The notes beneath the pieces were generated by a model. That model ran no database searches. It was not told where the DNA came from and saw only the letters and a list, made by a program, of their open reading frames with translations. 64,000 nt of DNA from Rhodobiaceae bacterium (GTDB lineage: Bacteria > Pseudomonadota > Alphaproteobacteria > RS24), in assembly GCA_002721725.1 (NCBI GenBank), contig PBLK01000008.1, positions 115,356 to 179,355 of the forward strand, given 5' to 3'. Below, piece after piece: positions 43,184 to 55,183 of this stretch. The translations under genes and the position numbers were made by a program. Within the stretch, counting starts at the first letter, position 1, and every line of letters begins with the position of its first letter.

Positions 43184-45940
43184 CTAACCATTGGCATCAT
43201 TTTTATCGGCCAATTCCTGCAATTGATAAATCCAATCGAGCGCTTCGCGTGGGCTCAAGCGGTCGGGGTCGAGCGCGCCCAGTGCATCGCGCAGGGCATC
43301 ACTTTGGGCAGCGGCCGGCAAAGCCGGATCAGAGAGCGCTTCGAAAAGGGGCAGGGCATCGACTGCGGCGCGGCTTTTCGCAGCATCATTTTCTTCCAAT
43401 TGCGCCAATACATGACGCGCCCGCGCCGTCACACCGGGCGGCAACCCGGCCAGTTCGGCGACATGAATGCCGTAAGAGCGATCGGCAGAACCATCACTGA
43501 CTTCGTGCAAAAATATCACTCGTCCGTCTTGCTCGCGCACTTTCATCGAGGCATTGGCCAACCCGTCCAGGCTCGCCGAAAGCGCGGTCAATTCGTGATA
43601 ATGGGTAGCGAATAAGGTGCGGCAGCCGATCACATCATGCAAATATTCAACCGCCGCCCAAGCCAAAGACAGCCCGTCAAATGTTGCCGTGCCCCGGCCA
43701 ATCTCATCTAGAATCACCAAAGCGCGCGGCCCTGCCCCGTTCAATATAGCCGCCGTTTCGACCATTTCGACCATAAAGGTTGAGCGTCCGCGGGCCAAAT
43801 CATCGGCTGCACCAACACGCGAATAAACGCGGTCCACAATGCCGATCTCGGCCTTTTCGGCGGGAACATAGCTGCCCGTTTGCGCAAGGATGGCGAGCAA
43901 GGCATTCTGCCTCAAATAAGTTGACTTGCCGGCCATATTGGGGCCCGTGATGAGGCTCATGCGTGGGGCCGCACCAGCTTTCGCATCAAGTGCGCATGGA
44001 TTGGCGATAAATGGGCCGTCTGCATCGCGGCGCAATGCCGCTTCGACCACCGGATGACGCCCGTCGGAAATGAGAAAACGCTCATCGTCGAATAACTGCG
44101 GACGCACCCAATTTTCATCGCGTGCTTTTTGAGCCAAAGCGACGTTGACATCGACCACGGCCAGTGCTTCAGCGAGCGCGACAAGCGCCCCGCGAGCTGC
44201 CAAAATATCCCCGCTTAGCTCGTCGAATAGTTGTAATTCCAGCGCCAGAGCGGTTTCCCCGGCGCGCGATATTTGACCCGCCAGTTCAGCCAATTCACTA
44301 CTCGAAAAGCGGACGGAATTGGCCAATGTTTGGCGATGAATGAAAAGTGCATCATGCGGCGGCTGCATTAGTTTATCGCCATGCGCAACGGGGACATCAA
44401 TATGATAGCCCAAAACGCCATTATGCTTGATCTTCAGTGCTTTAATACCGGTTTCCTCGGCATAGCGGTTTTGTAAGTTGGCAATGACACGGCGGCCTTC
44501 ATCGCGCAACGCGCGTGCTTCATCGAGGCCGCTATGAAATCCGGCGGCAATAAAGCCGCCATCGCGCGCCAAAAGAGGCAGGCTGACATCAAGCCCATCA
44601 TCAAGTCGCTGGCGCAAGCCGTTCAGCTGGCCGCTTTGCTCAACGAGGCAAGCAATTTGAGCCGCCAATTCGCCACATGCTTCAGGCATGTTATCCAAAA
44701 GCGCCGCCGCCAATTGCTCCGCTGCCTGCAAAGCCTGCCCTATTGCTTGAGCATCGCGCGGGCCGCCGCGCTGCATGGCAAGGCGATTTAAAGCGCGCGC
44801 CATATCGGGCGCAGTTTTCAAAGCGCTGCGCACCGTATTGGCCAAATCCGGGGCGGCCAGAAATGCGGCTATGGCGTCCAAGCGCGCCTCAATTTCTGCG
44901 CATTGAATAAGCGGTGCATTGAGCCGCGAGGCCAAAAGCCGCGCCCCACCCGCCGTCACCGTTGCGTCGAGCGTGTGCAAGAAACTGCCCACACGCCCGC
45001 CCGACAAGGTGCGGTTCAACTCAAGATTGGCGCGCGTTGCCCCATCCAATGCCATCATATGCGCCGCGCCCTCAATCTGCGGCGCGTGCAAGGAAAGCTG
45101 TGTGTCATATTGCGTCGCTTCAAAATAAGCCAGCATATGCGCGCAAGCGAGATTAAGCGCCGCGCCCTCATCGGCCAACGCGTCGCGGCAGCCAATGCCG
45201 AAGCGCAAGGCGATTTTTTCCGCCGCCGCTTTGGATGCCAAATCGGCGACTGGCGACAGCATGTCCACGCCCTCACCGTTTTGCCAGTCGCGCCATAGTT
45301 CTTGCAATGCCTCCTCTTGCTCGAGCGCTTGCGACACGGCGTCGGGAATAATGATTTCGCATGCATTCAACCGAGCCAGCAAAGCGGGCAAGGCGTCGGC
45401 ATCGCTGCGGGCGGCGAAAAACGCACCGGTCGACATATCGGCCCAAGCAACCGCCCAAGCGGCTTTTGGCGCTTTGCCGAGACAGGCCAAAGCGGCAATA
45501 AAATTATGCGCTTTGGCATCCAGCAGGCTGTCCTCATTCAGCGTGCCAGCGGTAACCAGCCGCACAACTTCACGGCGCACAACGGATTTTGAGCCGCGCT
45601 TTTTGGCCTCGGCCGGGTCTTCGGTTTGTTCGCATATAGCAACGCGAAAGCCGGCCTTGATAAGGCGTTGCAAATAGCTTTCGCTGGCGTGATAGGGCAC
45701 GCCGCACATTGGCACAGCGGCCCCCAAATGCTTGCCGCGGTGGGTCAGGGTAATGTCGAGCGCGGCCGCGGCCGCAACCGCATCGTCAAAAAATAATTCG
45801 TAAAAATCACCCATGCGATAAAATAAAAGCGCGTTTTCGTGCTGCGCCTTAATCGCCATATATTGCGCCATCATCGGCGTCATCTTTTCACCCGATGCGG
45901 GAATGGGGGGCTTTTCAGGGCTGGAGGCAGGGGCTGACAT
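43184..45940 (-). CDS. mutS: DNA mismatch repair protein MutS
   Basis: The N-terminal mismatch-binding region ([27 protein letters not shown]) and Walker [14 protein letters not shown] are present. Start set to the ATG at 45940. The track start at 45976 is a GTG. Confidence 0.96.
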   Translation of the reverse strand: MSAPASSPEKPPIPASGEKMTPMMAQYMAIKAQHENALLFYRMGDFYELFFDDAVAAAAALDITLTHRGKHLGAAVPMCGVPYHASESYLQRLIKAGFRVAICEQTEDPAEAKKRGSKSVVRREVVRLVTAGTLNEDSLLDAKAHNFIAALACLGKAPKAAWAVAWADMSTGAFFAARSDADALPALLARLNACEIIIPDAVSQALEQEEALQELWRDWQNGEGVDMLSPVADLASKAAAEKIALRFGIGCRDALADEGAALNLACAHMLAYFEATQYDTQLSLHAPQIEGAAHMMALDGATRANLELNRTLSGGRVGSFLHTLDATVTAGGARLLASRLNAPLIQCAEIEARLDAIAAFLAAPDLANTVRSALKTAPDMARALNRLAMQRGGPRDAQAIGQALQAAEQLAAALLDNMPEACGELAAQIACLVEQSGQLNGLRQRLDDGLDVSLPLLARDGGFIAAGFHSGLDEARALRDEGRRVIANLQNRYAEETGIKALKIKHNGVLGYHIDVPVAHGDKLMQPPHDALFIHRQTLANSVRFSSSELAELAGQISRAGETALALELQLFDELSGDILAARGALVALAEALAVVDVNVALAQKARDENWVRPQLFDDERFLISDGRHPVVEAALRRDADGPFIANPCALDAKAGAAPRMSLITGPNMAGKSTYLRQNALLAILAQTGSYVPAEKAEIGIVDRVYSRVGAADDLARGRSTFMVEMVETAAILNGAGPRALVILDEIGRGTATFDGLSLAWAAVEYLHDVIGCRTLFATHYHELTALSASLDGLANASMKVREQDGRVIFLHEVSDGSADRSYGIHVAELAGLPPGVTARARHVLAQLEENDAAKSRAAVDALPLFEALSDPALPAAAQSDALRDALGALDPDRLSPREALDWIYQLQELADKNDANG

Positions 45941-46087
45941 GGCGACTAGTTTAGCAAAGCAGACGCTTTGCAGCACGCTTTGAGCACCCCTGTGAGATAA
46001 AAAGCTGTTGAACTTATTTTGTTTTCTTCGGCTCGTCGCCTTGTCTTTGCAGCGGCAAAGCCCTAAAAGCCGATAGAACAGAGAAGT

Positions 46088-48361
46088 ATGATGAGTGACA
46101 CGGAAAAAAACTTCACCGATGAGGAGGCCTTACGCTTTCACGCAAACGGCAAGCCGGGTAAGCTTGAGATAAGCCCCACCAAACCGATGGCCACCCAGCG
46201 GGACCTGTCGCTCGCCTATTCGCCGGGCGTGGCCGTGCCGGTTGAGGCCATCGCAGAAAACGCCGATGCCTCATATGATTTAACAGCGCGCGGCAATATG
46301 GTGGCGGTGATTTCCAATGGCACTGCCATCTTGGGCCTCGGAAATTTGGGGGCGCTGGCTTCCAAGCCGGTAATGGAGGGCAAGGCGGTTTTGTTCAAGC
46401 GCTTTGCCGATGTCGACTCGATTGACCTCGAATTGGACACGCAAGACCCGCAAGAAATTGTCGATGCAGTCAAATATATGGGCCCGAGTTTTGGCGGCAT
46501 TAATTTGGAAGACATCAAGGCCCCTGATTGCTTCATCATTGAACAGCAGCTGCGCGAGCTGATGGATATTCCTGTGTTTCACGACGACCAACACGGCACG
46601 GCAATCATTTGCGCCGCCGGTCTAATCAATGCGCTGCATTTGACTGGCAAGCACATGAGAGACATTAAAGTCTGCGTCAATGGCGCGGGCGCCGCCGGCA
46701 TTGCCTGCTTGGAGCTTATTAAAGCGATGGGTGTAGCGCATGAAAATGCAATTTTATGCGACACAAAAGGCGTCATTTATCAAGGCCGCAAAGAGGGTAT
46801 GAACCAATGGAAATCGGCCCATGCAGTTGAAACCAAAGCGCGCAGCTTGGCCGATGCAATGGATGGGGCCGATGTATTTTTAGGGCTCTCGGTCAAAGGC
46901 GCGGTGACCGAAGAAATGGTCAAGGCAATGGCCGACAATCCGATTATTTTCGCTATGGCCAATCCCGACCCTGAAATTACGCCGGAAGAAGTGGCCGCCA
47001 TTCGCGACGATGCCATAATGGCGACCGGACGTTCGGATTATCCCAACCAGGTCAACAATGTTTTGGGATTTCCGTATATTTTCCGCGGCGCTTTGGATGT
47101 GCGGGCGACGACCATTAATGATGCGATGAAGATCGCCTGCGCCGAGGCTTTAGCCATGTTGGCGCGCGAAGACGTGCCCGATGAAGTGGCCGCGGCTTAT
47201 GATGGCGAGCGCCCACGTTTCGGCCCGCGCTATATTATTCCGGTGCCATTTGATCCGCGCCTAATCAGCGAGATTCCCCCCGCCGTAGCCCGTGCCGCTA
47301 TGGATAGCGGCGTCGCTCGCGCGCCGATTGTTGATATGGAAGCCTATCAAGGCCGCCTGAAAGCGCGGCTTGACCCAACCGCCAGCTCAATACAAATCAT
47401 CATGAACAAGTCCAAGCAGAATGCCAAACGGATGATTTTTGCCGAGGGCGAGCAAGAACAGGTCATTCGTGCCGCCATTGCCTATAAGGATTTGGGGCTG
47501 GGTGAACCCATTCTTGTCGGCACGGAACAAATCGTGCGCGACAACATGGCGGCGCTGGGACTTGACGGGCGCGGCGACATTGAAATTCGCGACACCCGCG
47601 CATCGGACCGGGTTGAAGATTATAGCACCTTCCTGTTCGAGCGGCTGCAGAGGCGCGGGCGCTTGATGCGAGATTGCCAACGCATGGTCGCCAATGACCG
47701 CAATATTTTCGGCGCCTGCGCTTTGGCGCGCGGCGATGCCGATGCCATGGTCACTGGTGTCACGCGCTCTTATTCCACGACGTTGGAAGAGGTTTCAAAA
47801 GTCATTGACCCGCGCCCCGGCCAACGAGTGATGGGGGTTTCCATGCTTGTCACCCGGGGCGGGCGCACCGTCATGGTGGCCGACACGAATGTCATTGATA
47901 TGCCAAGCGCCGAAGAACTGGCCGATATTGCATGCCAAAGCGCCGCGACGGCGCGCGCTTTGGGCCATGAGCCGCGCGTCGCCATGCTTGCCTATTCAAC
48001 CTTTGGCCATCCCGAAGGCGACCGCTCAGTCTATGTGCGCGAAGCAGTCAAGCTGCTGGACGCGCGCAATGTCGATTTTGAGTATGAAGGCGAAATGGCC
48101 GCAGATGTGGCGCTCAATCGGGATGCCATGCAACGCTATCCGTTTTGCCGACTAACCGAACCGGCCAATGTATTGGTCATGCCGGCCATTCACTCGGCCT
48201 CCATTTCAACCAAAATGTTGGAAGAATTGGGCCAGGCGACACTGATTGGGCCAATCCTTATCGGCCTTGAGCAACCGGTGCAAATTGCCCGCATCGGGGC
48301 GACGGCAACGGAAGTGCTCAATATGGCGGCAATTGCCGCCTATGAGCTGGAGCGCATTTAA
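46088..48361 (+). CDS. maeB: NADP-dependent malic enzyme with C-terminal phosphotransacetylase-like domain (MaeB type)
   Basis: Length is 757 aa. An N-terminal malic-enzyme domain ([29 protein letters not shown]) is followed by a domain of about 330 aa with PTA-like length and position. Confidence 0.94.
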   Translation: MMSDTEKNFTDEEALRFHANGKPGKLEISPTKPMATQRDLSLAYSPGVAVPVEAIAENADASYDLTARGNMVAVISNGTAILGLGNLGALASKPVMEGKAVLFKRFADVDSIDLELDTQDPQEIVDAVKYMGPSFGGINLEDIKAPDCFIIEQQLRELMDIPVFHDDQHGTAIICAAGLINALHLTGKHMRDIKVCVNGAGAAGIACLELIKAMGVAHENAILCDTKGVIYQGRKEGMNQWKSAHAVETKARSLADAMDGADVFLGLSVKGAVTEEMVKAMADNPIIFAMANPDPEITPEEVAAIRDDAIMATGRSDYPNQVNNVLGFPYIFRGALDVRATTINDAMKIACAEALAMLAREDVPDEVAAAYDGERPRFGPRYIIPVPFDPRLISEIPPAVARAAMDSGVARAPIVDMEAYQGRLKARLDPTASSIQIIMNKSKQNAKRMIFAEGEQEQVIRAAIAYKDLGLGEPILVGTEQIVRDNMAALGLDGRGDIEIRDTRASDRVEDYSTFLFERLQRRGRLMRDCQRMVANDRNIFGACALARGDADAMVTGVTRSYSTTLEEVSKVIDPRPGQRVMGVSMLVTRGGRTVMVADTNVIDMPSAEELADIACQSAATARALGHEPRVAMLAYSTFGHPEGDRSVYVREAVKLLDARNVDFEYEGEMAADVALNRDAMQRYPFCRLTEPANVLVMPAIHSASISTKMLEELGQATLIGPILIGLEQPVQIARIGATATEVLNMAAIAAYELERI

Positions 48362-48440
48362 TCTGTTAACCGCTTGTCGTGGCAGAACCCGCGACCCAAC
48401 CGAACGGCAGGAAATTTAAAAACCGCAATTTGTGGCAAAA

Positions 48441-49391
48441 TCAGGCGCGGCGCGCTTCAATCGCATCGATAATCATGGCGGCAATATCGGGGCCGCCAAA
48501 GGCTTTTATTTCGCGAATGCAGGTCGGCGAGGTGACGTTAATCTCGGTCAAATAGCCGCCAATTACGTCAATGCCGGCAAAAATAATGCCTCTTTCGCGC
48601 AAGGCCGGACCGATTTGCGCGGCAATTTCCAAATCGCGCGCATCCAGCTCGCACGCTTCGGGCCGTCCGCCGACATGCACATTGGCCCGCGCATCGCCTT
48701 CCGCCGGCACGCGATTGAGCGCACCGACCGCTTCGCCCTCGACCAAAATGACCCGCTTGTCGCCGCCGCGCACATCTTTCAAATAGGCTTGCGCGATAAT
48801 CGGCTCTCTTGTCTGCATGAACATATCAATCAGCGAGCCGAAATTTTCATCATCGGCGCGCACACGAAACACACCGGCCCCGCCATTGCCGAAAACCGGC
48901 TTTAAAATAATATCGCCATGCGCGGCGCGGAAATCATCAAGCGCTTGTCGGTCTCGCGTCATCAGGGTCGGCGGCAACAGCCCCTCAAACAATATCGGAA
49001 AGATTTTTTCAGGTGCATTGCGCACCGCAGCCGGATCATTGACCACCAAAGTGTCGGGGTGAATGCGCTCAAGAAAATGAGTGGCGGAAATATAATTCAT
49101 ATCAAAAGGCGGGTCTTGGCGCATCAACACCACATCCATCGCCGCCAAATCGGTCAATTCTGCCGGCCCCAGCGCAAAATGCGCGCCCGCCTTATCGGCC
49201 ACTTCAAGAGTGTGCAGGCGGGCGCTGACTTTGCCGTCCAGCATGACCAACGCATCCGGCGTGTAATAATAAAGCGCATGGCCGCGCGCTTGCGCCTCCA
49301 GCGCCAGCGCAAAACTGGTGTCGCCGACAATATCAATATCGGCAATCGGGTCCATTTGAATGGCGATTTTCAACGCCGCCTGTGAAGCCAT
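48441..49391 (-). CDS. gshB: glutathione synthetase
   Basis: The prokaryotic GshB pattern is present ([22 protein letters not shown]...ATP-grasp region [14 protein letters not shown]). Start trimmed to the ATG at 49391, preceded by GAGG. Confidence 0.93.
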   Translation of the reverse strand: MASQAALKIAIQMDPIADIDIVGDTSFALALEAQARGHALYYYTPDALVMLDGKVSARLHTLEVADKAGAHFALGPAELTDLAAMDVVLMRQDPPFDMNYISATHFLERIHPDTLVVNDPAAVRNAPEKIFPILFEGLLPPTLMTRDRQALDDFRAAHGDIILKPVFGNGGAGVFRVRADDENFGSLIDMFMQTREPIIAQAYLKDVRGGDKRVILVEGEAVGALNRVPAEGDARANVHVGGRPEACELDARDLEIAAQIGPALRERGIIFAGIDVIGGYLTEINVTSPTCIREIKAFGGPDIAAMIIDAIEARRA

Positions 49392-49738
49392 AAATCTACC
49401 TCGCTTGGCCGCAGTTTCGGGCAAATCGCCCGCGACCACAAGCCCCCCATGCCCCCAAGCCTGTGCGCCCGCTCTATCGCTCGACATGCCACATATTACG
49501 GCCATGATGGGGCCAGCGCCGCGGCGCGATGCGGGCGGTATTTCACTTCAACAAAAATCAGAAGATTGCCGCGCTTGGCGACCAGATCAATCTCGCCGCC
49601 GGGCAGGCGCAAATTGCGCGCCACAATACGATAAAATTTCAACCGGAAATAAATGCCCGCTCAAAGCTCGGCGCGGTGCCCGCGCGCCCAAGCCTTGCGG
49701 CCGGTTCTAGTTTTCTTTCTCGACGGTGCGCGCGGCAT
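49370..49738 (-). pseudogene. yraN: yraN (UPF0102 endonuclease-like) gene with two in-frame stop codons
   Basis: A single 123-codon reading frame runs from the ATG at 49738. It reads [92 protein letters not shown]... The YraN hallmark GGEIDLV....L.FVEVK.R is intact. In-frame TGA lies at 49663-49661 and TAA at 49498-49496. The position between rsmI and gshB is the conserved one. Confidence 0.6.
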
Positions 49739-50648
49739 TTTTTTCTTCTTCTTTTTCACCATTATCGGATGCGTCGCGCGGGCCATCATCAATCGTCAAG
49801 GCGCGCGCATAAACCGCCCGGCGCGGCTGCCGGGTCATCGCGGCCACGGCCTGCACCGCATCGCGGCGGCTCATGCTTGTCATGGCATCGCGCAACATGG
49901 CATCCAATTGCGCGCCGTCCACCGCTGCTTCGCGGGGCGGGGCAATCAACACGGTGATTTCACCGCGCGGCGGATGGGCGGTAAAATAATCTCGCAATTC
50001 GTCAATCGAGCCGTTCTTTATTTCTTCAAATGTTTTGGTCAATTCGCGCGCCACGCAAATCTCGCAAGCACCGAAAACCGCCTCAATATCATCGAGCAGG
50101 GCTGCCAAACGGCGTGCCGCCTCAAACAAAACCAATGTGCCGCCGCGCGCACCCTTCAAGCCTTCCAACGCGCTTTGGCGCGCCGCCGCTTTGGGCGGCA
50201 AAAAACCGGCAAAAGTAAAGCGGTCACTGGGCAGGCCGGAAACCGACAGCGCCGCAATCGGCGCGGAAGCGCCGGGAATCGCGATGATGGCATGGCCCGC
50301 CGCGCGCACATCGCGCACCAATTTCATGCCCGGGTCTGAGATGAGCGGCGTGCCGGCGTCGGAGATAAGAGCGAGCCGCTGACCGGCGGCCAAAGCGGCG
50401 AGAATTTTCGGGCGCGCCTTAGCCCCATTATGCTCATGATAGGCGGCGGTCGGGGTTTTTATCCCGTGATAGGTCAATAATTTGGCCGAATTGCGGGTAT
50501 CTTCACAATAAATCACATCGGCCGCGGCCAGCACATCCAGCGCCCGCAGGCTGATATCGCGCGCATGCCCCAAAGGGGTCGCGACAATATATAATCCGGC
50601 GGCCAGCGCCGGCTCATCGGCAGAGGGTTGTGATGCGCTGTCAGTCAT
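49707..50648 (-). CDS. rsmI: 16S rRNA (cytidine1402-2'-O)-methyltransferase RsmI
   Basis: The tetrapyrrole-methylase-fold N-terminus LYIVATPLGHARDISLRALDVL and EDTRNSAKLL are present. Start trimmed to the ATG at 50648. There is a charged C-terminal tail. Confidence 0.92.
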   Translation of the reverse strand: MTDSASQPSADEPALAAGLYIVATPLGHARDISLRALDVLAAADVIYCEDTRNSAKLLTYHGIKTPTAAYHEHNGAKARPKILAALAAGQRLALISDAGTPLISDPGMKLVRDVRAAGHAIIAIPGASAPIAALSVSGLPSDRFTFAGFLPPKAAARQSALEGLKGARGGTLVLFEAARRLAALLDDIEAVFGACEICVARELTKTFEEIKNGSIDELRDYFTAHPPRGEITVLIAPPREAAVDGAQLDAMLRDAMTSMSRRDAVQAVAAMTRQPRRAVYARALTIDDGPRDASDNGEKEEEKNAARTVEKEN

Positions 50649-50807
50649 GGCCCATCTTAGCGCCTCGCCCGGCAAATGTCTGCCCGCCAAATCTCTGCAT
50701 ATTGTGCCCGAAAGCCGCCATATTTCTGCGCCATGATGTGCTCGATTATGCATTTACTTCGCCCGCCGCTGTCGATAGGGTCGCCTCTCAAACCGGAAAC
50801 AAAGCGC

Positions 50808-52493
50808 ATGATGACAGAAAATATAAAGCATCGCTCTGCGCGCGCGCCGCGCAATATGGCTGCCGCCTGCATGGCGGTGGTGATGTGTGGTTTTTTGCTC
50901 GCCTGTGGCGGTGCACCGGCACCGCTGGCGCAAAATAACCCGCAAAGGCTCACCGCCATAGCGCAAGTAGCACCCCCTATGCGCCGCATGGAAATCGACA
51001 AAAGCGCTTATCCGGCACCGCCGCCGCGCCAAGCCAATGCCCGCATTGTCGCGCTGCTTTTGCCTTTAGGTGATGCACGCGAGACCATTCGCTCTCTGGC
51101 CGGACATTTATATAATGGCGCGCAATTGGCGCTGTTTGATGCGCCGACCGAAAATCTTGTCATCAGCTTGCACGACACCAAAGGCACGGCGGAAGGCGCG
51201 CAGGAAGCGGCCAAAGCAGCCATTGCGGCAGGTGCCGATATTATTGTCGGGCCGCTTTTCGGCTCTTCCGTCACCGCCATTCAGCCGGTTTTGGCCGGGC
51301 GCAATGTGCCGGGCTTTGCCTTTTCCAATGATGCCAGCACGGCGCAAGACGGGCTTTGGCTGATGGGGTTTTTGCCCGAACAAAATATTGACCGCATTGT
51401 CTCGGAAGCAATTGCGCAAGGCCTGACGCGGTTCGGCGCTTTGGTGCCGCAAGGGGTTTTCGGGGAACGCATTGCCGCCAGTTTTGCCGCATCGGTTGAC
51501 CGCTTTGGCGGCACGATTGTGCAAAGCGAGGCCTATCCGCCCGATGCCGAAGGCATGTTTGATCCGGTGCGCCGTTTGGCCCGTTTTGATGATAGAAAAG
51601 CCGCCCATATGGCAGAAATGCAACGCCTGACCGATGAGGCTTTGGCGCTTTTGCCGACCCGCATTGACGACGAAACCGGCCTGCCGATTGCCCCGCCTGA
51701 AGAGGCTGAAGCGGTGTTCAAATTATTGGGCGATGATGCGCCGGAGCTGGTGTCAGCCTATGAGGCTTTGGCGCTGGTCGAGACATTGGGCGATATTCCC
51801 TATGATGCGGTGTTTATGCCGGAAGGCGGTTTGGCGCTGAGAAACCTCGCGCCGCTCTTGCCCTATTTCGACATTGACCCGCGCCGCATCAAATTTATCG
51901 GCACCGGCCTGTGGGACGACCCGACCTTACGCCAAGAACCGCCACTGCATGGCGGCTGGTATGCGGCGGCACCCAGCGCCAATTGGGGGGGCTTTGCGGC
52001 GCGTTATGAGGCGGTTTATGCGGCCGCCCCGCCGCGTTTGGCCAGCATGGCTTATGATGCGGTGGCGCTGGCAGCGCGGCTGGCCTCGTTCCAAACCGAA
52101 GCGCCGTTTCGCGCCGACTTGCTGATGGACCCGAACGGCTTTAGCGGCATTGACGGTATTTTTCGTTTAAAGCCCGGCGGCCTCAATGAACGCGGGCTTA
52201 CCGTTCAGGAAGTGACGCGGGCGCAATCGCGCGAAATCAGCCACCCGCCGAAAAGCTTTGTCGAGCATGACCGGCGCCTTGAGGCGGCAATGAGCCTGGC
52301 CGAGGCGCTGCGTCGCTCCAATCCTGACCGTGCTTTACCCAATCTGTCAAATGGCGCCGAGGATGCATCGGGCCAAGAAATCTTGCCCGAAGCAGACGGG
52401 TTGGAGAACGCGGCGCGCCTTGCTCCGGTCGCCTTTTCACCCGCTTCTTCACCCACTTCTTCACCCACTTCTAGGCCAATAGGCGGGCAATAA
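50808..52493 (+). CDS. lipoprotein with type-1 periplasmic-binding-protein fold (LpoA/LppC-like penicillin-binding-protein activator family)
   Basis: It is divergent from rsmI, as yraM/lpoA is in other proteobacteria. There is a lipobox-like GFLLAC after a basic N-region, and a PBP1-like core (IVALLLPLGD...IIVGPLF). The C-terminal tail is Ser/Pro/Thr-rich. The start is uncertain (50808 or 50856). Confidence 0.65.
   Translation: MMTENIKHRSARAPRNMAAACMAVVMCGFLLACGGAPAPLAQNNPQRLTAIAQVAPPMRRMEIDKSAYPAPPPRQANARIVALLLPLGDARETIRSLAGHLYNGAQLALFDAPTENLVISLHDTKGTAEGAQEAAKAAIAAGADIIVGPLFGSSVTAIQPVLAGRNVPGFAFSNDASTAQDGLWLMGFLPEQNIDRIVSEAIAQGLTRFGALVPQGVFGERIAASFAASVDRFGGTIVQSEAYPPDAEGMFDPVRRLARFDDRKAAHMAEMQRLTDEALALLPTRIDDETGLPIAPPEEAEAVFKLLGDDAPELVSAYEALALVETLGDIPYDAVFMPEGGLALRNLAPLLPYFDIDPRRIKFIGTGLWDDPTLRQEPPLHGGWYAAAPSANWGGFAARYEAVYAAAPPRLASMAYDAVALAARLASFQTEAPFRADLLMDPNGFSGIDGIFRLKPGGLNERGLTVQEVTRAQSREISHPPKSFVEHDRRLEAAMSLAEALRRSNPDRALPNLSNGAEDASGQEILPEADGLENAARLAPVAFSPASSPTSSPTSRPIGGQ
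52433..52468 (+). repeat. 12-nt tandem repeat x3 (TTCTTCACCCAC, first copy imperfect) encoding SPxS repeats
   Basis: Perfect tandem copies lie at 52445-52456 and 52457-52468, with a degenerate copy at 52433-52444. The repeat is inside the 3' end of the LpoA-like gene, just before the convergent overlap with hemW. Confidence 0.8.
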
Positions 52494-53643
52494 TATAGTC
52501 CAGCAAAAGGCGGCCTTTTTCGGTGGCCTGCAAAACATCTTTTTGCGCGCTCAGCAAACCGTCTTGTTGCAAAGCGGCAAGGCGGGTGCCATCCAGCATA
52601 ACCCCCTGCGCCGCCAATTCTGCAAGGGGCCGTCCTTCGACCAAACGCAAGCCCAGCATCACGGCCTCTTCCGCCGCCGAGGCGGCGGTCAATTCACGAA
52701 GCTGCCAGCCATGTCCGTTTTGGCGACAGGCGGCGAGCCAATCTTGCGGCTTACGCATCGCCAGGCTGGCATGTTTTATGCCGTTTATCGTCACGCGCCC
52801 ATGCGCGCCGGGGCCGATGCCGAGATAATCGCCGCCTTGCCATATGGCCTGATTGTGACGGCAGCGATGCGGCAGTGCTGCATGGTTTGAAACTTCATAA
52901 GCCGGCAGACCGGCGGCGGCACACAGGCTTTGCGTTGCATCATATAAATCGGCCGCCGCATCCTCATCGGGCACATGGAGCCGCCCTTGTTGCGCGCGCG
53001 CATAAAACGCCGTGCCCGGTTCAATGGTCAATTGGTAAAGCGACATATGGTGCGGGGCCAGCGCCAAAGCGGCGGCCAATTCTTTTTGCCAAGCGGCCAA
53101 AGATTGGTCGGGGCGGGCATAAATCAAATCAAAGCTGGCGCTGTCAAATATATCTTGCGCCGCGGCAAAAGCATGTTGCGCATCATTTACGCTATGGGTG
53201 CGGCCGAGAAACCTCAGCGCATCATCGTCAAAAGCCTGCACCCCCAAAGACAGCCGCGTAATGCCGGCATGGCGCAATTCTTGCAAATACACTTCCGCGG
53301 CGCTGACCGGATTGGCCTCGAGCGTTATTTCCGCGTCACCCGCCAAACTCCATAGCCGGTCGATTTCTTGCAAAACACCGGCCACCAAATCACCCGGCAT
53401 GAGCGATGGCGTGCCGCCACCGAAAAACACGCTCTGCACCGGCCCATGCGGGCGCAGCCCATGCGCATGCGCCAATTCGGCGCGATAGGCGGCCAACCAA
53501 TCTTTTTGGCTTGCGGTGTTTTTATGCGCTGCATGGACATTGAAATCACAATAGGGGCAAATCGCCGAACAAAACGGCCAATGCAGATAAATGCCAAGCG
53601 GCGGCAGGCTATCGGCCTCAGCGCTCATGGCGGCTTGGCTCAC
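52471..53643 (-). CDS. hemW: radical SAM family haem chaperone HemW (HemN-like, oxygen-independent coproporphyrinogen oxidase family)
   Basis: The radical-SAM motif [14 protein letters not shown] (CxxxCxxC) is present. Length is 390 aa. It sits in the conserved rph-rdgB-hemW order. Confidence 0.9.
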   Translation of the reverse strand: MSQAAMSAEADSLPPLGIYLHWPFCSAICPYCDFNVHAAHKNTASQKDWLAAYRAELAHAHGLRPHGPVQSVFFGGGTPSLMPGDLVAGVLQEIDRLWSLAGDAEITLEANPVSAAEVYLQELRHAGITRLSLGVQAFDDDALRFLGRTHSVNDAQHAFAAAQDIFDSASFDLIYARPDQSLAAWQKELAAALALAPHHMSLYQLTIEPGTAFYARAQQGRLHVPDEDAAADLYDATQSLCAAAGLPAYEVSNHAALPHRCRHNQAIWQGGDYLGIGPGAHGRVTINGIKHASLAMRKPQDWLAACRQNGHGWQLRELTAASAAEEAVMLGLRLVEGRPLAELAAQGVMLDGTRLAALQQDGLLSAQKDVLQATEKGRLLLDYIIARLLA

Positions 53644-54275
53644 GCCACCCGATCGGCAAAACAGGCCGCCACCAATTGGGCAAAAGCATCGGCGCGATGC
53701 GATATGGCATGTTTGGCTTCAGGGTTCATCTCACCAAAGGTCAAATCCCCGCCTTCGGGCAAAAATATCGGGTCGTAGCCGAAGCCGTTTTTGCCGCGCA
53801 TCGGCCATACCAAATGGCCTTCCACCGTGCCTTCAAAACTTTCAACATGGCCATCGGGCCAGGCCAGCGACAAGGCACAGACAAAGCGCGCGCTGCGCGC
53901 GACATCGCCGCCTTGGGTTTGCGCCTTTTGGGCGAGCGCCATTTCGATTTTATGCATGGCAAAGTCAAAATCGCGGCCATTGGCGGTCTCTGCCCAGCGC
54001 GCCGAATAAATCCCCGGCGCGCCATCCAGCGCATCAACCGCCAAACCGCTATCATCGGATAGGGCCGGCAGACCGGCCGTCATTGCCGCGGCCAAAGCCT
54101 TTAATTCGGCATTGGCGATAAATGTTGTGCCGGTCTCTTCCGGCTCGGGCAAGCCAAGCGCGTCGGCGCCAACCGTCTCAACCTCAAAGCGGGTCAAAAG
54201 ATCGGCAATCTCCACCAGCTTGCCTTTATTATGGCTGGCGACAATCAACTTTGGCTCGGTAAAAAGCCGCGCCAT
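53640..54275 (-). CDS. rdgB: dITP/XTP pyrophosphatase (non-canonical purine NTPase) RdgB
   Basis: The Ham1 family pattern is present ([28 protein letters not shown]). It abuts rph with no gap and overlaps hemW by 4 nt. Confidence 0.92.
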   Translation of the reverse strand: MARLFTEPKLIVASHNKGKLVEIADLLTRFEVETVGADALGLPEPEETGTTFIANAELKALAAAMTAGLPALSDDSGLAVDALDGAPGIYSARWAETANGRDFDFAMHKIEMALAQKAQTQGGDVARSARFVCALSLAWPDGHVESFEGTVEGHLVWPMRGKNGFGYDPIFLPEGGDLTFGEMNPEAKHAISHRADAFAQLVAACFADRVA

Positions 54276-55013
54276 TTACAGACCGACCGCTTGTTTTTGC
54301 AAAGCCACCAATTCTGAAATGCCGTTTTTGGCCAATGCCATTAATCTCTGGAATTCAGCTTCTTCAAATGCTGCACCTTCAGCTGTTGCTTGAATTTCAA
54401 CCAGCTTGCCACTGCCCGTCATGACGAAATTGCCGTCCGTATCAGCGACGCTGTCTTCATCATAATCCAAATCGGCGACCGGCAGGCCCTGATAAATGCC
54501 ACAGGACAAAGCGGCCAGCTGGTCGGTAATGACGCCGCCCATAATCGGTGTTGAGATGAGGCCGTCCTTTTTCATTTTTTCAACGCACAGATAAAGCGCC
54601 ACCCATGCGCCGGTAATGGAGGCGGTGCGGGTGCCGCCATCGGCTTGAATGACATCGCAATCGAGTGAGATTTGGTTTTCGCCCAATGCCTCCAAATTGA
54701 CGACGGCGCGCAAAGCGCGACCGATCAAGCGCTGAATTTCTTGCGTGCGTCCCGATTGCTTGCCGGCATTGGCCTCGCGGCGCATTCGCTCACCCGTGGC
54801 GCGCGGCAGCATGCCATATTCCGCCGTCACCCAGCCACGCCCCTGGCCGCGCAGCCAGGGCGGCACACGGGTTTCCAAGGAGGCGGTGCACAAAACATGG
54901 GTGTCACCGAATTTGATAAGGCAAGAACCTTCCGCATGTTTCGAGACATTTGTTTCAACGCTGACTTCGCGAATTTGTTCGGCGCTGCGGCCGGAGGGGC
55001 GGCTTGTGGTCAT
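54276..55013 (-). CDS. rph: ribonuclease PH
   Basis: Length is 245 aa. [13 protein letters not shown], the typical start of RNase [21 protein letters not shown] and [18 protein letters not shown] are present. Confidence 0.96.
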   Translation of the reverse strand: MTTSRPSGRSAEQIREVSVETNVSKHAEGSCLIKFGDTHVLCTASLETRVPPWLRGQGRGWVTAEYGMLPRATGERMRREANAGKQSGRTQEIQRLIGRALRAVVNLEALGENQISLDCDVIQADGGTRTASITGAWVALYLCVEKMKKDGLISTPIMGGVITDQLAALSCGIYQGLPVADLDYDEDSVADTDGNFVMTGSGKLVEIQATAEGAAFEEAEFQRLMALAKNGISELVALQKQAVGL

Positions 55014-55183
55014 GAAAATTCCCTTTGTTCGTCGTTTTATCTAAAGCTTAAGGAAAAGCGGGGCAAGGTAAAGCTGCGGGCACGGCGGCGCAGCTGACCT
55101 GCAGTATTCTTATGCGCGGCGTGTGCCAATGGTCGACCTTATGGCGCAACTGGTGAGCACATCATTGTAGCTTCAGAACGAGG

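Noticed and set aside
46047-46061. 15-nt string TTGCAGCGGCAAAGC shared between the mutS-maeB intergenic region (46047-46061) and the dnaK promoter region (55908-55922)
   Set aside because: A single 15-mer coincidence is expected by chance a few times in a 64-kb, compositionally biased window when both strands are counted. The spacing to -10-like elements differs between the two copies, and there is no further flanking similarity.
49496-49663. In-frame TGA in yraN as selenocysteine or TGA-as-Trp recoding
   Set aside because: TGA is clearly used as a normal stop elsewhere in the window (for example ubiE, dut, trpS, murJ). No SECIS-like hairpin is evident, and the second interruption is TAA. 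Nonsense mutation or sequencing error is the simpler explanation.
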